From: Rhodospirillales bacterium
GTDB lineage: Bacteria; Pseudomonadota; Alphaproteobacteria; JAJFIK01
Length of the DNA: 64,000 nucleotides
NCBI GenBank assembly: GCA_021775005.1
Contig: JAJFIK010000056.1
Span: 27,408 to 91,407, forward strand
Direction of reading: 5' to 3'
Positions 36,861 to 45,189 of the stretch are shown piece by piece. Each line of letters begins with the position of its first letter. The stretch's first letter is position 1. Made by a program: the position numbers and the translations under genes. The notes below the pieces were generated by a model. The model made no database searches. It saw only the letters and a list, made by a program, of their open reading frames with translations, and had not been told where the DNA came from.

Positions 36861-36964
36861 GGAGGCCAGAGCTGCGCACTCTCTTTGCGGAGCACCCAGT
36901 CGCGCTTCAAGTGGTGCGCAACGGCGAAACTATTGAAATCAGCATCCCTTAGGCCGGGTTGCGA

Positions 36965-38134
36965 TCAAGCGGTGGCTTTAATCCAGCCGCCGCCGAAGAC
37001 GCGGGAGCCTTCCGGGTCGGCATCGTAAAAGACCGCCGCCTGCCCCGGCGCGACGCCTTCTTCTGCGTCATCAAGGATAACCCAAAGCGCGCCGTCGCGA
37101 ACTTCCAAGTGGCCGGGAACCGGCGGACGAGTGGAGCGCACGCGCACGCGCACCGCTTGGCCATCGGGATCGCCATCCCCAAGCCAGTTTATTTCTTGCA
37201 GGCAAATGGCGCGGGTCATGAGGTCTTCACGTTGCCCGACAATGACCTGGCGTTTGTCTGCATCAAGCTTCACCACATAAAGCGGATCGCCAACGGCAAT
37301 GCCAAGGCCGCGCCGCTGCCCCACGGTATAATGGATGATGCCGGGATGGCGGCCCAGCACTTCGCCCGTTGTCGTGATGATCTCACCAGGCTCAGCCGCA
37401 CCGGGGCGCAGCTTTACAATGACATCCGCATATTTGCCATTAGGCACAAAACAGATGTCTTGGCTATCGGGTTTATCGGCCACGATCAAATTCATGTCCT
37501 CCGCCAGCTTTCGGGTTTCTGACTTGGGCATCCCGCCCAAGGGGAACCGCAAATAGTCAAGCTGCGCCGGCGATGTTGAAAACAAGAAGTAGCTTTGATC
37601 CTTTGTGGGATCTGCCGCCATGTGAAGCTCTGGCCCGCCTGCCCCTTCCCTACGCTGCACGTAGTGACCGGTGGCGAGGCAATCGGCACCAAGATCGCGC
37701 GCTGTCGACATCAGATCGCGAAACTTCACACGCTCATTGCAGCGCACGCACGGGATCGGCGTTGCCCCGGCCAGATAGGTATCCACAAAGTCGTCAATCA
37801 CGTCGTGACGAAAGCGCCCCTCATAGTCGAGCACGTAATGCGGCATATCCAGCTCTGCTGAAACCCGGCGCGCATCGTGGATATCTTGACCCGCACAGCA
37901 GGCCCCTTTGCGGCGCACAGCCTCACCGTGGTCATAGAGCTGCAGCGTGATACCCACCACATCAAAGCCCTCGCGCTTCAGGAGCGCCGCGGTCACAGAG
38001 CTATCCACCCCGCCGGACATGGCCACAACCACCCGTGTATCCGCCGGGGCCTTGGCAAAGCCCAGCAGATTGGTCCCCGCTGAAATCGCGGGGCGCGCAC
38101 GAAAAGGCGCGTTGAGGGTGGCGGTATCGGTCAT
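36965..38134 (-). CDS. mnmA: tRNA 2-thiouridine(34) synthase
   Basis: Start at Met13 (MTDTATLN...). PP-loop [10 protein letters not shown], catalytic Cys context GACCAGQD and IPCVRCN. Confidence 0.9.
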   Translation of the reverse strand: MTDTATLNAPFRARPAISAGTNLLGFAKAPADTRVVVAMSGGVDSSVTAALLKREGFDVVGITLQLYDHGEAVRRKGACCAGQDIHDARRVSAELDMPHYVLDYEGRFRHDVIDDFVDTYLAGATPIPCVRCNERVKFRDLMSTARDLGADCLATGHYVQRREGAGGPELHMAADPTKDQSYFLFSTSPAQLDYLRFPLGGMPKSETRKLAEDMNLIVADKPDSQDICFVPNGKYADVIVKLRPGAAEPGEIITTTGEVLGRHPGIIHYTVGQRRGLGIAVGDPLYVVKLDADKRQVIVGQREDLMTRAICLQEINWLGDGDPDGQAVRVRVRSTRPPVPGHLEVRDGALWVILDDAEEGVAPGQAAVFYDADPEGSRVFGGGWIKATA

Positions 38135-38211
38135 GGACCGGCAATATAGGGTCAAGTGCAATGCAAGCAAGCCGGAGACTTGATGTGAACTTCATTCGAT
38201 TGCCCATCCCT

Positions 38212-38820
38212 ATGCTGAGTGCCGTTTTGCTGGCCGGTTGCATCGGTGGATTTGATGTCGCCCATCCCAATGTTTTGGGCAACGTCCAATCTGCGGCCAC
38301 GTGGGAGGGGTTTGGTTATTGCGGCGGTTGGGGCTGTTCTGACCCCAGCGGCACATCCTTTACCCCCACTGAGTGGGCTGAGGTGGTGGCCGTGATGACC
38401 CCCGCCGCGCCGACCCCCCAAGCAGAGCGCGAGCAGGTCGCGCAAGCCGTGGGGCTAATGGAGCGCTTCATCGGACCAAAAACCGGATATGATCGCGATC
38501 TGGCGGGCACCGGCGCAGGCATTTTCCAGCCCGGACAACTTGATTGTTATTCGGAAGCTGCCAACACCTCGAACTTTTTGCATTTGCTGAATAACGCGGG
38601 ATTGCTGCGCCACCACCAGCCTGCTGACCCGATTATGCGGGGGCTTGCCACCTCGCGGTCTTGGCGCGGCACCCATGCCACGGCCACTATGACGGAAACC
38701 TTCAGCGGGGTCTTGTTCGCTATGGATAGCTGGTTCTTTGCCAGCGGCCATGATGCGGTTTTTGTAGAGGCCGATACCTGGGCCAATTCATGGGCCCCCG
38801 ACGGCGGCGCGTCGCTCTAA
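38212..38820 (+). CDS. Lipoprotein, function unknown
   Basis: Start at MLSAVLLAGCIGG (lipobox LAGC). Cys-containing mature part (GYCGGWGCSD, GQLDCYSE). I recognise no family. Confidence 0.55.
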   Translation: MLSAVLLAGCIGGFDVAHPNVLGNVQSAATWEGFGYCGGWGCSDPSGTSFTPTEWAEVVAVMTPAAPTPQAEREQVAQAVGLMERFIGPKTGYDRDLAGTGAGIFQPGQLDCYSEAANTSNFLHLLNNAGLLRHHQPADPIMRGLATSRSWRGTHATATMTETFSGVLFAMDSWFFASGHDAVFVEADTWANSWAPDGGASL

Positions 38821-38824
38821 GTCC

Positions 38825-39268
38825 ATGTCAATTTTACCAACGCACCATCAATACAGCTTTGTCGTCGATGCCAGCTCCATCGACGAAAATGGCCACGTCA
38901 ATAACGTGGAGTATGTGCGTTGGATGCAAGAAGCCGCCACCGCACACGCCACGGCGCTCGGGCTGCTTGAGCTTATGGCCCGCGAGGGAACAACCTGGGT
39001 TGCGCGCGAACACACCATCAAATATTTGCAGCCCGCGTTTGCAGGCGAAACCATTGGTGTTCAAACCTGGGTGGTGAATTTCCGCAAAGTCCGCAGCACC
39101 CGGCGCTATCGCTTTATCCGGCTGCCGGAGCAGACGCTGTTGGCCGAAGGCGCAACGGATTGGATTAACGTGGATGCCACTACGGGCAAACCGCGCCCGG
39201 TCCCCAAACCTGTACAAGAGATGTTTGCCGACATCAAATCCGACACTATCCCGGTAAGCACCTGGTAA
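38825..39268 (+). CDS. Acyl-CoA thioesterase (4HBT/YbgC-like hotdog fold)
   Basis: 147-aa ORF. DENGHVNNVEYVRWMQEA is the catalytic-Asp region typical of 4HBT-class thioesterases. Confidence 0.75.
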   Translation: MSILPTHHQYSFVVDASSIDENGHVNNVEYVRWMQEAATAHATALGLLELMAREGTTWVAREHTIKYLQPAFAGETIGVQTWVVNFRKVRSTRRYRFIRLPEQTLLAEGATDWINVDATTGKPRPVPKPVQEMFADIKSDTIPVSTW

Positions 39269-39403
39269 GATTTGGCATTGGTTTGTATCAAATTCGACCA
39301 AGGTGTTTGCAGGATCCGCTTACCTTTTAACCACTCCACTTAAGCCTTCTTTGAGGGCCTGTGGGGTAGTCTCTCCCCAGGTGTTGGAGTTGGGGAGTAA
39401 AAA

Positions 39404-39688
39404 ATGGTCGACAGCAACAAGTCCGGCCGTGCGTATGTGATCGGACCAGATGGCAGCCCGCTTACCATTGCGGATCTGCCGCCGACGAATACAAAACGGT
39501 GGGTCATACGTCGCAAGGCAGAAGTTGTCGCCGCAGTGCGCGGTGGGCTCTTGAGCCTTGAAGAAGCGTGTGATCGCTATACGCTGACCGTAGAAGAGTT
39601 TTTGTCTTGGCAGCGCGCCATCGACAAACATGGGTTGGCAGGCTTGCGCGCAACGCGCGTGCAACAATACCGCGGCACGTTTGGCTAA
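39404..39688 (+). CDS. sciP: CtrA inhibitor SciP (DUF1153 HTH protein)
   Basis: 94-aa ORF. TKRWVIRRKAEVVAAVRGGLLSLEEACDRYTLTVEEFLSWQRAIDKHGLAGLRATR matches my memory of SciP/DUF1153. Confidence 0.85.
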   Translation: MVDSNKSGRAYVIGPDGSPLTIADLPPTNTKRWVIRRKAEVVAAVRGGLLSLEEACDRYTLTVEEFLSWQRAIDKHGLAGLRATRVQQYRGTFG

Positions 39689-39722
39689 GCCAAACCGTGT
39701 CGTAGAATGTTAGATGCGTTAG

Positions 39723-39744
39723 GGGTCGGCAGTTTTGTCGGCCC
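39723..39744 (+). terminator. Hairpin downstream of sciP (weak terminator candidate)
   Basis: GGGTCGGCA-GTTT-TGTCGGCCC forms a 9-bp stem with two G:U pairs, followed only by TT. Confidence 0.35.
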
Positions 39745-40082
39745 TTCGCGCATGCAGCATCATTAATACAAGAGACACACCCCATGACGTGCAATGCTGC
39801 ATTGCGACGCCCGCAGAGGGCGAGAATCTGCACAGAACCACCGAAAAAAGTGTTGCACCGAGGGCGCAGGTGTTTCGATAAGCGACACCTTTCCTAACAC
39901 TTTCTCTACAAGACCCCTTTTGATTTCAGTACTCTGAGCATGAGAGGACCAATCGGCAGAAACCGATCTGGGGTGGAACGGGACTCTATTGATTGTGTTC
40001 GGCTGCAGCCCACGGGACGGGCATAGCTGATGTGAAACGGTGCTAGTACTCTTCGCTTTGGCGAAGTAAGGGGGATTTGAGA

Positions 40083-40445
40083 ATGGATCTGTTGACTGAC
40101 ATTGGTAACCAGATATTTGCAGGCATGATGACGACGATGGATGCCTGGATGGCGAATCCGTATGCAGGCGGACTTGCCCTGGCCATTATTATACTGGCTG
40201 CGCTTTTTATGAGCGAATTGGGCCAGGTGATTTCGACCGCCTTTTCAGCGCTGATTGTTTGGGGCATTGGCCTCATTGTCCTTGGTATGTATCAAGGCGA
40301 TCCGCAATGGGACTTCATGACTGAAATTGGCTCGGGCTGGGATGCATTGGCCGGCTTGGACATGCTTCAATTTATTGTCTACTTCCTGATTTTCACGGTC
40401 CTCATTGGGCTGATCAATTTGGTCAAGGGACTAATTAGCGGCTAA
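40083..40445 (+). CDS. Small multi-TM membrane protein (120 aa), function unknown
   Basis: ATG 40083 behind AAGGGGGA. Three to four hydrophobic helices (GGLALAIIILAALFM, ALIVWGIGLIVLGM, FIVYFLIFTVLIGLINLV). Confidence 0.5.
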   Translation: MDLLTDIGNQIFAGMMTTMDAWMANPYAGGLALAIIILAALFMSELGQVISTAFSALIVWGIGLIVLGMYQGDPQWDFMTEIGSGWDALAGLDMLQFIVYFLIFTVLIGLINLVKGLISG

Positions 40446-40611
40446 CGCTGCTTCCAGAGTTTTACTGGGGGGCAGAGGGGGCGTCTGTTGTGGCTTAGGC
40501 CGCACGGGTCCCCTCTTCTTTTTTGCGCACATAGCTTCCGATTTTTAGCGAACCGTCTTAGATATGCGGATGAGGGACATTTGATCCCCCGCGGTGGAAG
40601 AGGTGCGCGCC

Positions 40612-41166
40612 ATGATCGGACTACTGATATTTGTTGGGCTTATCGCGCTGATCGCCTTTTGGCTGATCGGCATTTACAACGGCCTGGTACAAAAGCGAGC
40701 CCTTGTGGAAGAAGGCTGGAGCGGGATCGAAACCCAGCTCAAGCGGCGCTCCAACCTCATCCCCAACTTGGTAGAAACGGTAAAAGGCTATGCCGCCCAT
40801 GAGAGCGGCACCTTGGAAGCGGTTACGGAAATGCGGGCCAAGAGCCTGGGGGCGAACGGAGTTGCCGAGCAGGCCGGGGCCGAACGGGCGCTCTCAGGCG
40901 CTATCGGCAATCTGCTCGCGGTGGCTGAGAACTATCCCGACCTCAAAGCCAATGAGAACTTCAAGGCCCTGCAAGGCGAGCTTTCGACCCTTGAAAATGA
41001 GATCCAACTTTCCCGGCGCTACTACAACGGCTCGGTGCGCAACCTCAACATCATGGTGGAAACATTCCCCAACAGTCTCATCGCCGGCAATTTCGGATTT
41101 CGCAAAGCTGAATACTTCGAAATAGAAGACGATGCTGATCGCGCCGTACCGGAAGTCGCATTTTGA
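40612..41166 (+). CDS. lemA: LemA family protein
   Basis: MIGLLIFVGLIALIAFWLIGIYNGLV TM anchor, then EGWSGIETQLKRRSNLIPNLVETVKGYAAHE and RRYYNGSVRNLN, the LemA signatures. Confidence 0.85.
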   Translation: MIGLLIFVGLIALIAFWLIGIYNGLVQKRALVEEGWSGIETQLKRRSNLIPNLVETVKGYAAHESGTLEAVTEMRAKSLGANGVAEQAGAERALSGAIGNLLAVAENYPDLKANENFKALQGELSTLENEIQLSRRYYNGSVRNLNIMVETFPNSLIAGNFGFRKAEYFEIEDDADRAVPEVAF

Positions 41167-43106
41167 TGCTGCGGATATTTGCTGGTGCCCTCGCGCTTCT
41201 CGCCTTCGTATCCCCGGGTTTGGCCCAGAAACCGGATACAACGAGGCCGGGGATCGACCGAACTCCACTTGCCTCGTCTGAGCGCATCCATTCCTTTCAC
41301 AGCGATGTTGTCATTGAGCAAAATGGTGACGTTCTGATCACCGAGACCATCACGCTGACGGCTTTGGGGCGAGAGATCCGCCGCGGGCCTTATCGTGACT
41401 TTCCCACCCGTTATCGCGACAACCAGGGCAACCGAGTAGAGGTTGGCTTTGACGTGCTTGATGTGCGGCGCGATGGGCGCACCGAGCCCTATCACACGGA
41501 GCGTCTTTCTAACGGCATCCGCATCTTTATTGGTGACGCGGATTATTTTCTGCCTTCCGCACGCTACACCTACACACTCCAGTACCGCACCACACGGTCA
41601 CTTTATTTTGGGTCAGAATTTGACGCGCTCTATTTCAATGTCACGGGCAACGGCTGGGCCTTTCCCATTGACGCGGCCAGCGCCACCATTCACTTGCCAG
41701 CTGGCGCGAGCGCATTGGAGGCAGAGGCCTTTACCGGCCGCCAAGGATCAACAGCAAGCAATGCCACCATCGACCGAAGCGGGCTGGGATCTGTCACAGT
41801 CACAACCACACGAAGCCTTGGCCCCCAGGAGGGGCTGACCATCGCAGTGTCATTTCCAAAGGATTTTGTAGACGCCCCCGGAGCGGTGGATCAGGTCAGC
41901 TATTGGTTTGCAGACAATGCACCGCTGTTGATTGCTATCTTCGCGTTTCTTGGCACGCTGGTTTATTATTCTTGGGCTTGGAGCCGCGTGGGCAGAGACC
42001 CCGCACCGGGCACCATTATTCCTTTGTTTGAACCACCAACTGGGTTTTCCCCGGCGGCGACACGCTTTGTCTCACACATGCGGTTTGACCAGAGCTCTTT
42101 CACTGCGGCAATCGTCAGTATGGCGGTCAAGGGCTACTTGACCATCAAAGAAGATGGCAAAACCTTTGTGCTGAATAAAGCATCAGGTGATCTAAGTGCG
42201 CTCTCAACCGGGGAAGTGGCTATCGCGGAAAAACTGCTGCGCACGAGGAATTCCATAAAGCTCAAAAACACAAATCATGAAAAATTTCAAAAGGCCATCG
42301 CGGCGTTGAAATCAGAGCTGCGTAAGGAATACGAAGCCGCCAATTTCAAAAGAAACACTGACTATATTGTGCCGGGCGCAATGATCGCCTTTGCAGCCAT
42401 CGCCCTCACGGCCCTCGCCACATTTGATGGTCTAACTGCGCTTTTAGGGACCGCGGTCGGATTGGGGTTTGGGGCCGTGAGCGGATACATCATACAAACC
42501 ACGTGGCGCGCATTACGTATCCGTGCCACAATATGGCGTCGGCTCGCCTCAGTTTTCGCGGGTTTCATCGCATTGGCATTTGCCGGATTTGCAATAATTG
42601 TTAGCCAGGAAATTCCTGGTGGATTCAGTATTTTTGCGGCCATCTTGTTTTTTGCCACCGGCGCGTTGACGCCGGTTTTTCATGAACTCATGAAAGCCCC
42701 TACGAAGGTCGGGCGCGAGATCATGGATCAAATCGAAGGCTTCAAGCTTTATCTCTCCGTCGCGGAACAGCACCGGCTGGAAGCCTTCCACCCCCCCAAA
42801 CAAACCCCGGAGTTGTTTGAACGCTTGTTGCCCTATGCCCTTGCCTTGGGGGTTGAGAACCAATGGAGCGAGCAGTTCGATGACATTTTGAAGGCCGCCA
42901 GCGCCGATGGCGCGGATTATCACCCCAGTTGGTATCACGGCACCAGGTGGCACGGGGTTCGGACCGGGGCGTTTGTGGGCTCCCTCAGCAGCGCCATGGC
43001 AAGCTCCGTGGCGTCGGCCGCAACGGCCCCAGGCTCAAGCTCAGGCGTCGGCGGCGGCGGATTTTCCGGCGGCGGGTTTGGCGGCGGCGGTGGCGGCGGC
43101 TGGTAG
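41166..43106 (+). CDS. DUF2207 domain membrane protein with Gly-rich C-terminal tail
   Basis: TGATG overlap with the lemA stop. Signal peptide, an extracytoplasmic beta-rich domain (FHSDVVIEQNGDVLITETI...), several TM helices, and the tail SSSGVGGGGFSGGGFGGGGGGGW, as in DUF2207 partners of LemA. Confidence 0.75.
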   Translation: MLRIFAGALALLAFVSPGLAQKPDTTRPGIDRTPLASSERIHSFHSDVVIEQNGDVLITETITLTALGREIRRGPYRDFPTRYRDNQGNRVEVGFDVLDVRRDGRTEPYHTERLSNGIRIFIGDADYFLPSARYTYTLQYRTTRSLYFGSEFDALYFNVTGNGWAFPIDAASATIHLPAGASALEAEAFTGRQGSTASNATIDRSGLGSVTVTTTRSLGPQEGLTIAVSFPKDFVDAPGAVDQVSYWFADNAPLLIAIFAFLGTLVYYSWAWSRVGRDPAPGTIIPLFEPPTGFSPAATRFVSHMRFDQSSFTAAIVSMAVKGYLTIKEDGKTFVLNKASGDLSALSTGEVAIAEKLLRTRNSIKLKNTNHEKFQKAIAALKSELRKEYEAANFKRNTDYIVPGAMIAFAAIALTALATFDGLTALLGTAVGLGFGAVSGYIIQTTWRALRIRATIWRRLASVFAGFIALAFAGFAIIVSQEIPGGFSIFAAILFFATGALTPVFHELMKAPTKVGREIMDQIEGFKLYLSVAEQHRLEAFHPPKQTPELFERLLPYALALGVENQWSEQFDDILKAASADGADYHPSWYHGTRWHGVRTGAFVGSLSSAMASSVASAATAPGSSSGVGGGGFSGGGFGGGGGGGW

Positions 43107-43130
43107 GCCGCCAATTGCTTTAGAAACGAA

Positions 43131-43523
43131 TTAAACCGCAGAGCGGCTGGCGACACCGATCATCATGCTTGGATCGACAACATCGGCGCTTGGGTCGGTG
43201 TCATCGATGTCACCGCCTGAGGCTCTGAATTCTTCAAAGGCCTTTTCGAGTGCGGCACGGGCATCGGCAACCTGGCCAGCAATTTCATCGGCTGAACGCT
43301 GCAGATTGGCCTGACGATCATGTACGGATTTCTGAAATGTCGGAAACGCCAAGCGGCCAATGTCACTATCGTTGGACCGAATGCGTTCGCGCTCCAGGGT
43401 CTCATCAAGTTGATCCCGGCGGGCCAGCAATTCCACCTGCATGGTCTCAAGGCCCGCGACTTTCTCGCGAAGTTGATCCACTTTGTGGCGATGAAACCGT
43501 ATCATCGTTGTCTGTACCTTCAT
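43131..43523 (-). CDS. fliJ: Flagellar export protein FliJ (alphaproteobacterial type)
   Basis: Start at Met17 (MKVQTTMIRFHRHKVDQLREKV...). AFPTFQKSVHDRQANLQRSADEIAGQVADARAALEKAFEEF parallels remembered alphaproteobacterial FliJ sequences (FAYPTYAKAARQRRDNL...). Confidence 0.7.
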   Translation of the reverse strand: MKVQTTMIRFHRHKVDQLREKVAGLETMQVELLARRDQLDETLERERIRSNDSDIGRLAFPTFQKSVHDRQANLQRSADEIAGQVADARAALEKAFEEFRASGGDIDDTDPSADVVDPSMMIGVASRSAV

Positions 43524-43732
43524 GATGCTTCCCCCAAATCCAGCGAACCGAAGGTCCGAAATTCGGACCACGCAAGGTATTCGCTGAAATTTCCCAACCC
43601 ATCCTTTACCTAACGGCGCACAAACCCTAACCTATTCACCTTAAGCACGGATGAACGTAGAGCCCGTGCCGCGCCCGAAGCCGCCTCGCTTCAAAATTAC
43701 CCAATTTAGCCAAGTCTCTAACCCAAATTCGC

Positions 43733-43764
43733 GAATCAGCGCCTATATTTCCCTCGGGAGACTC
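43733..43764. promoter_or_regulatory. Two GANTC (CcrM methylation) motifs in the ctrA upstream region
   Basis: GAATC at 43733-43737 and GACTC at 43760-43764, read directly. Confidence 0.4.
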
Positions 43765-43781
43765 TAGGCGTCCCTCATCGG

Positions 43782-43830
43782 TTAACACTTTTTAAGGGTT
43801 CGGCTCTTAACCTTTTGAACTGATTAACCA
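43782..43830. promoter_or_regulatory. TTAA-dense segment upstream of ctrA (possible CtrA half-sites, non-canonical spacing)
   Basis: TTAA at 43782, 43792, 43807 and 43824, with gaps of 6, 11 and 13 nt. The last reads TTAACCAA, close to the TTAACCAT half-site. No exact TTAA-N7-TTAA is present. Confidence 0.3.
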
Positions 43831-43884
43831 AGAGGGTCTTTCAGGGGGGTCCTGAGACCGGGGTCACAGGGAACGAGGTGTCCG

Positions 43885-44577
43885 ATGCGAGTGCTACTCA
43901 TCGAAGATGACAGCGCAACGGCGCAAAGCATTGATTTGATGCTTAAGTCAGAAGGTTTTAACGTCTACGTGACGGATTTGGGGGAAGAAGGCGTCGATCT
44001 GGGGAAGATTTACGACTTCGATATTATCCTTCTGGATCTCAATTTGCCGGATATGAACGGGTTCGAGGTTCTCAAGACCTTGCGCACGTCGAAAATCGGC
44101 ACACCAATACTCATTCTTTCGGGATTGGCGGGGATTGAAAACAAGGTCCGGGGCCTTGGCTTTGGTGCCGACGATTACATGACCAAGCCGTTCCACAAAG
44201 ACGAGCTTGTGGCCCGCATCCACGCCATTGTGCGCCGCTCAAAGGGTCATTCAGAGTCAGTTATTTCCACCGGCAAGCTCAAGGTCAATCTCGACGCCAA
44301 GACCGTCGATGTGGAGGGCCATCCCGTCCACCTGACCGGCAAAGAGTATCAGATGCTTGAGCTGCTTTCCTTGCGCAAGGGTACAACCCTTACCAAGGAA
44401 ATGTTCCTCAACCACCTTTATGGCGGGATGGACGAGCCGGAACTCAAGATCATTGACGTTTTCATTTGTAAATTGCGCAAGAAGCTGACGACGGCAACTG
44501 GCGGCGATCATTACATTGAAACCGTTTGGGGCCGCGGCTATGTGCTGCGCGACCCAATAGCAGAAGCTGCTGCGTAA
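43885..44577 (+). CDS. ctrA: Cell-cycle master response regulator CtrA (OmpR family)
   Basis: 230-aa [12 protein letters not shown]...[22 protein letters not shown]...[49 protein letters not shown] is near-identical to the conserved CtrA sequence as I remember it. Confidence 0.95.
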   Translation: MRVLLIEDDSATAQSIDLMLKSEGFNVYVTDLGEEGVDLGKIYDFDIILLDLNLPDMNGFEVLKTLRTSKIGTPILILSGLAGIENKVRGLGFGADDYMTKPFHKDELVARIHAIVRRSKGHSESVISTGKLKVNLDAKTVDVEGHPVHLTGKEYQMLELLSLRKGTTLTKEMFLNHLYGGMDEPELKIIDVFICKLRKKLTTATGGDHYIETVWGRGYVLRDPIAEAAA

Positions 44578-44604
44578 CTGCCGCTCCCTGCTTCAGCACC
44601 GAAA

Positions 44605-44634
44605 AGGCGCTCCCACCCAGGGGCGTCTTTTTTT
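44605..44634. terminator. Hairpin plus T7 run between convergent ctrA and receiver genes
   Basis: GGCGC(T)CCC-ACCCA-GGGGCGTC followed by TTTTTTT (44628-44634). The opposite strand has an A-run before the stem, so it mainly serves ctrA. Confidence 0.6.
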
Positions 44635-44652
44635 ATGCGCGGATACTTGAGA

Positions 44653-45018
44653 TTAGGCTAGGCCCACTTCTGAAAGTTTTGCCTGGAGGATGTCCTTCTC
44701 AAAGGGCTTGAGCAGAAACTCGCTGGCGCCCGCCTCGATTGCTTCAGTGATCTGCGCAACGTCGTTTTCCGTTGAGCAATAAAGCACCACAGGCATGCTC
44801 CCTCCTACCAAACGACGCAATGCATAAAGAAATTCAAGACCAGACATTTCAGGCATATTGCCATCGAGCAAAATGGCATCGGGCATGGTTTTTTGGCATT
44901 GCTCCAACGCTGACGCGCCACCATCCGCTTCACTCGCTTCAAAGTGTAGCTGCTCCAGGATGCGGCGGGCAACTTGGCGGACAATCCCGGAGTCATCAAC
45001 AACCATGCAGTGCTTCAT
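44653..45018 (-). CDS. Single-domain response regulator (CheY-like receiver)
   Basis: Start at Met32 (MKHCMVVDDSGIVRQV...). Acidic pocket VVDD, phospho-acceptor context AILLDGNMPEMSG, and LLKPF lysine. It is adjacent to chpT. Identity as CpdR is not established. Confidence 0.8.
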   Translation of the reverse strand: MKHCMVVDDSGIVRQVARRILEQLHFEASEADGGASALEQCQKTMPDAILLDGNMPEMSGLEFLYALRRLVGGSMPVVLYCSTENDVAQITEAIEAGASEFLLKPFEKDILQAKLSEVGLA

Positions 45019-45189
45019 CGGCAGCGCCTTTATCTGCTCCACACGCAAGGCACCAATTGTCTTGCGCCGCCCGCAAAAGAATTGCAGACCGCGACAGGTT
45101 GCCACAGACATGGAAAGCCGCGCTTAAATCAAAACATTGAATTGTAGGCAATTAGCACTTTTGCCAACCCCTGGTCGAGCTGAGTGCGA

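Noticed and set aside
36567-37028. 153-aa ORF next to the tRNA, considered as an intact gene.
   Set aside because: Only residues 45 to about 85 look protein-like (a GNAT start). The first 44 codons and the last 60 or so (antisense to mnmA) are implausible. I treated it as a remnant.
43030-43106. GGC-rich tandem-like DNA (ggcggcggcgg...) considered as a microsatellite or repeat array.
   Set aside because: It is in frame and encodes the Gly-rich C-terminal tail typical of DUF2207 proteins. It has no regular repeat unit with spacers.
43782-43795. Apparent CtrA box TTAACACTTTTTAAG upstream of ctrA.
   Set aside because: Counting gives TTAA-N6-TTAA, not the canonical N7. I kept it only as part of a TTAA-dense region of uncertain meaning.
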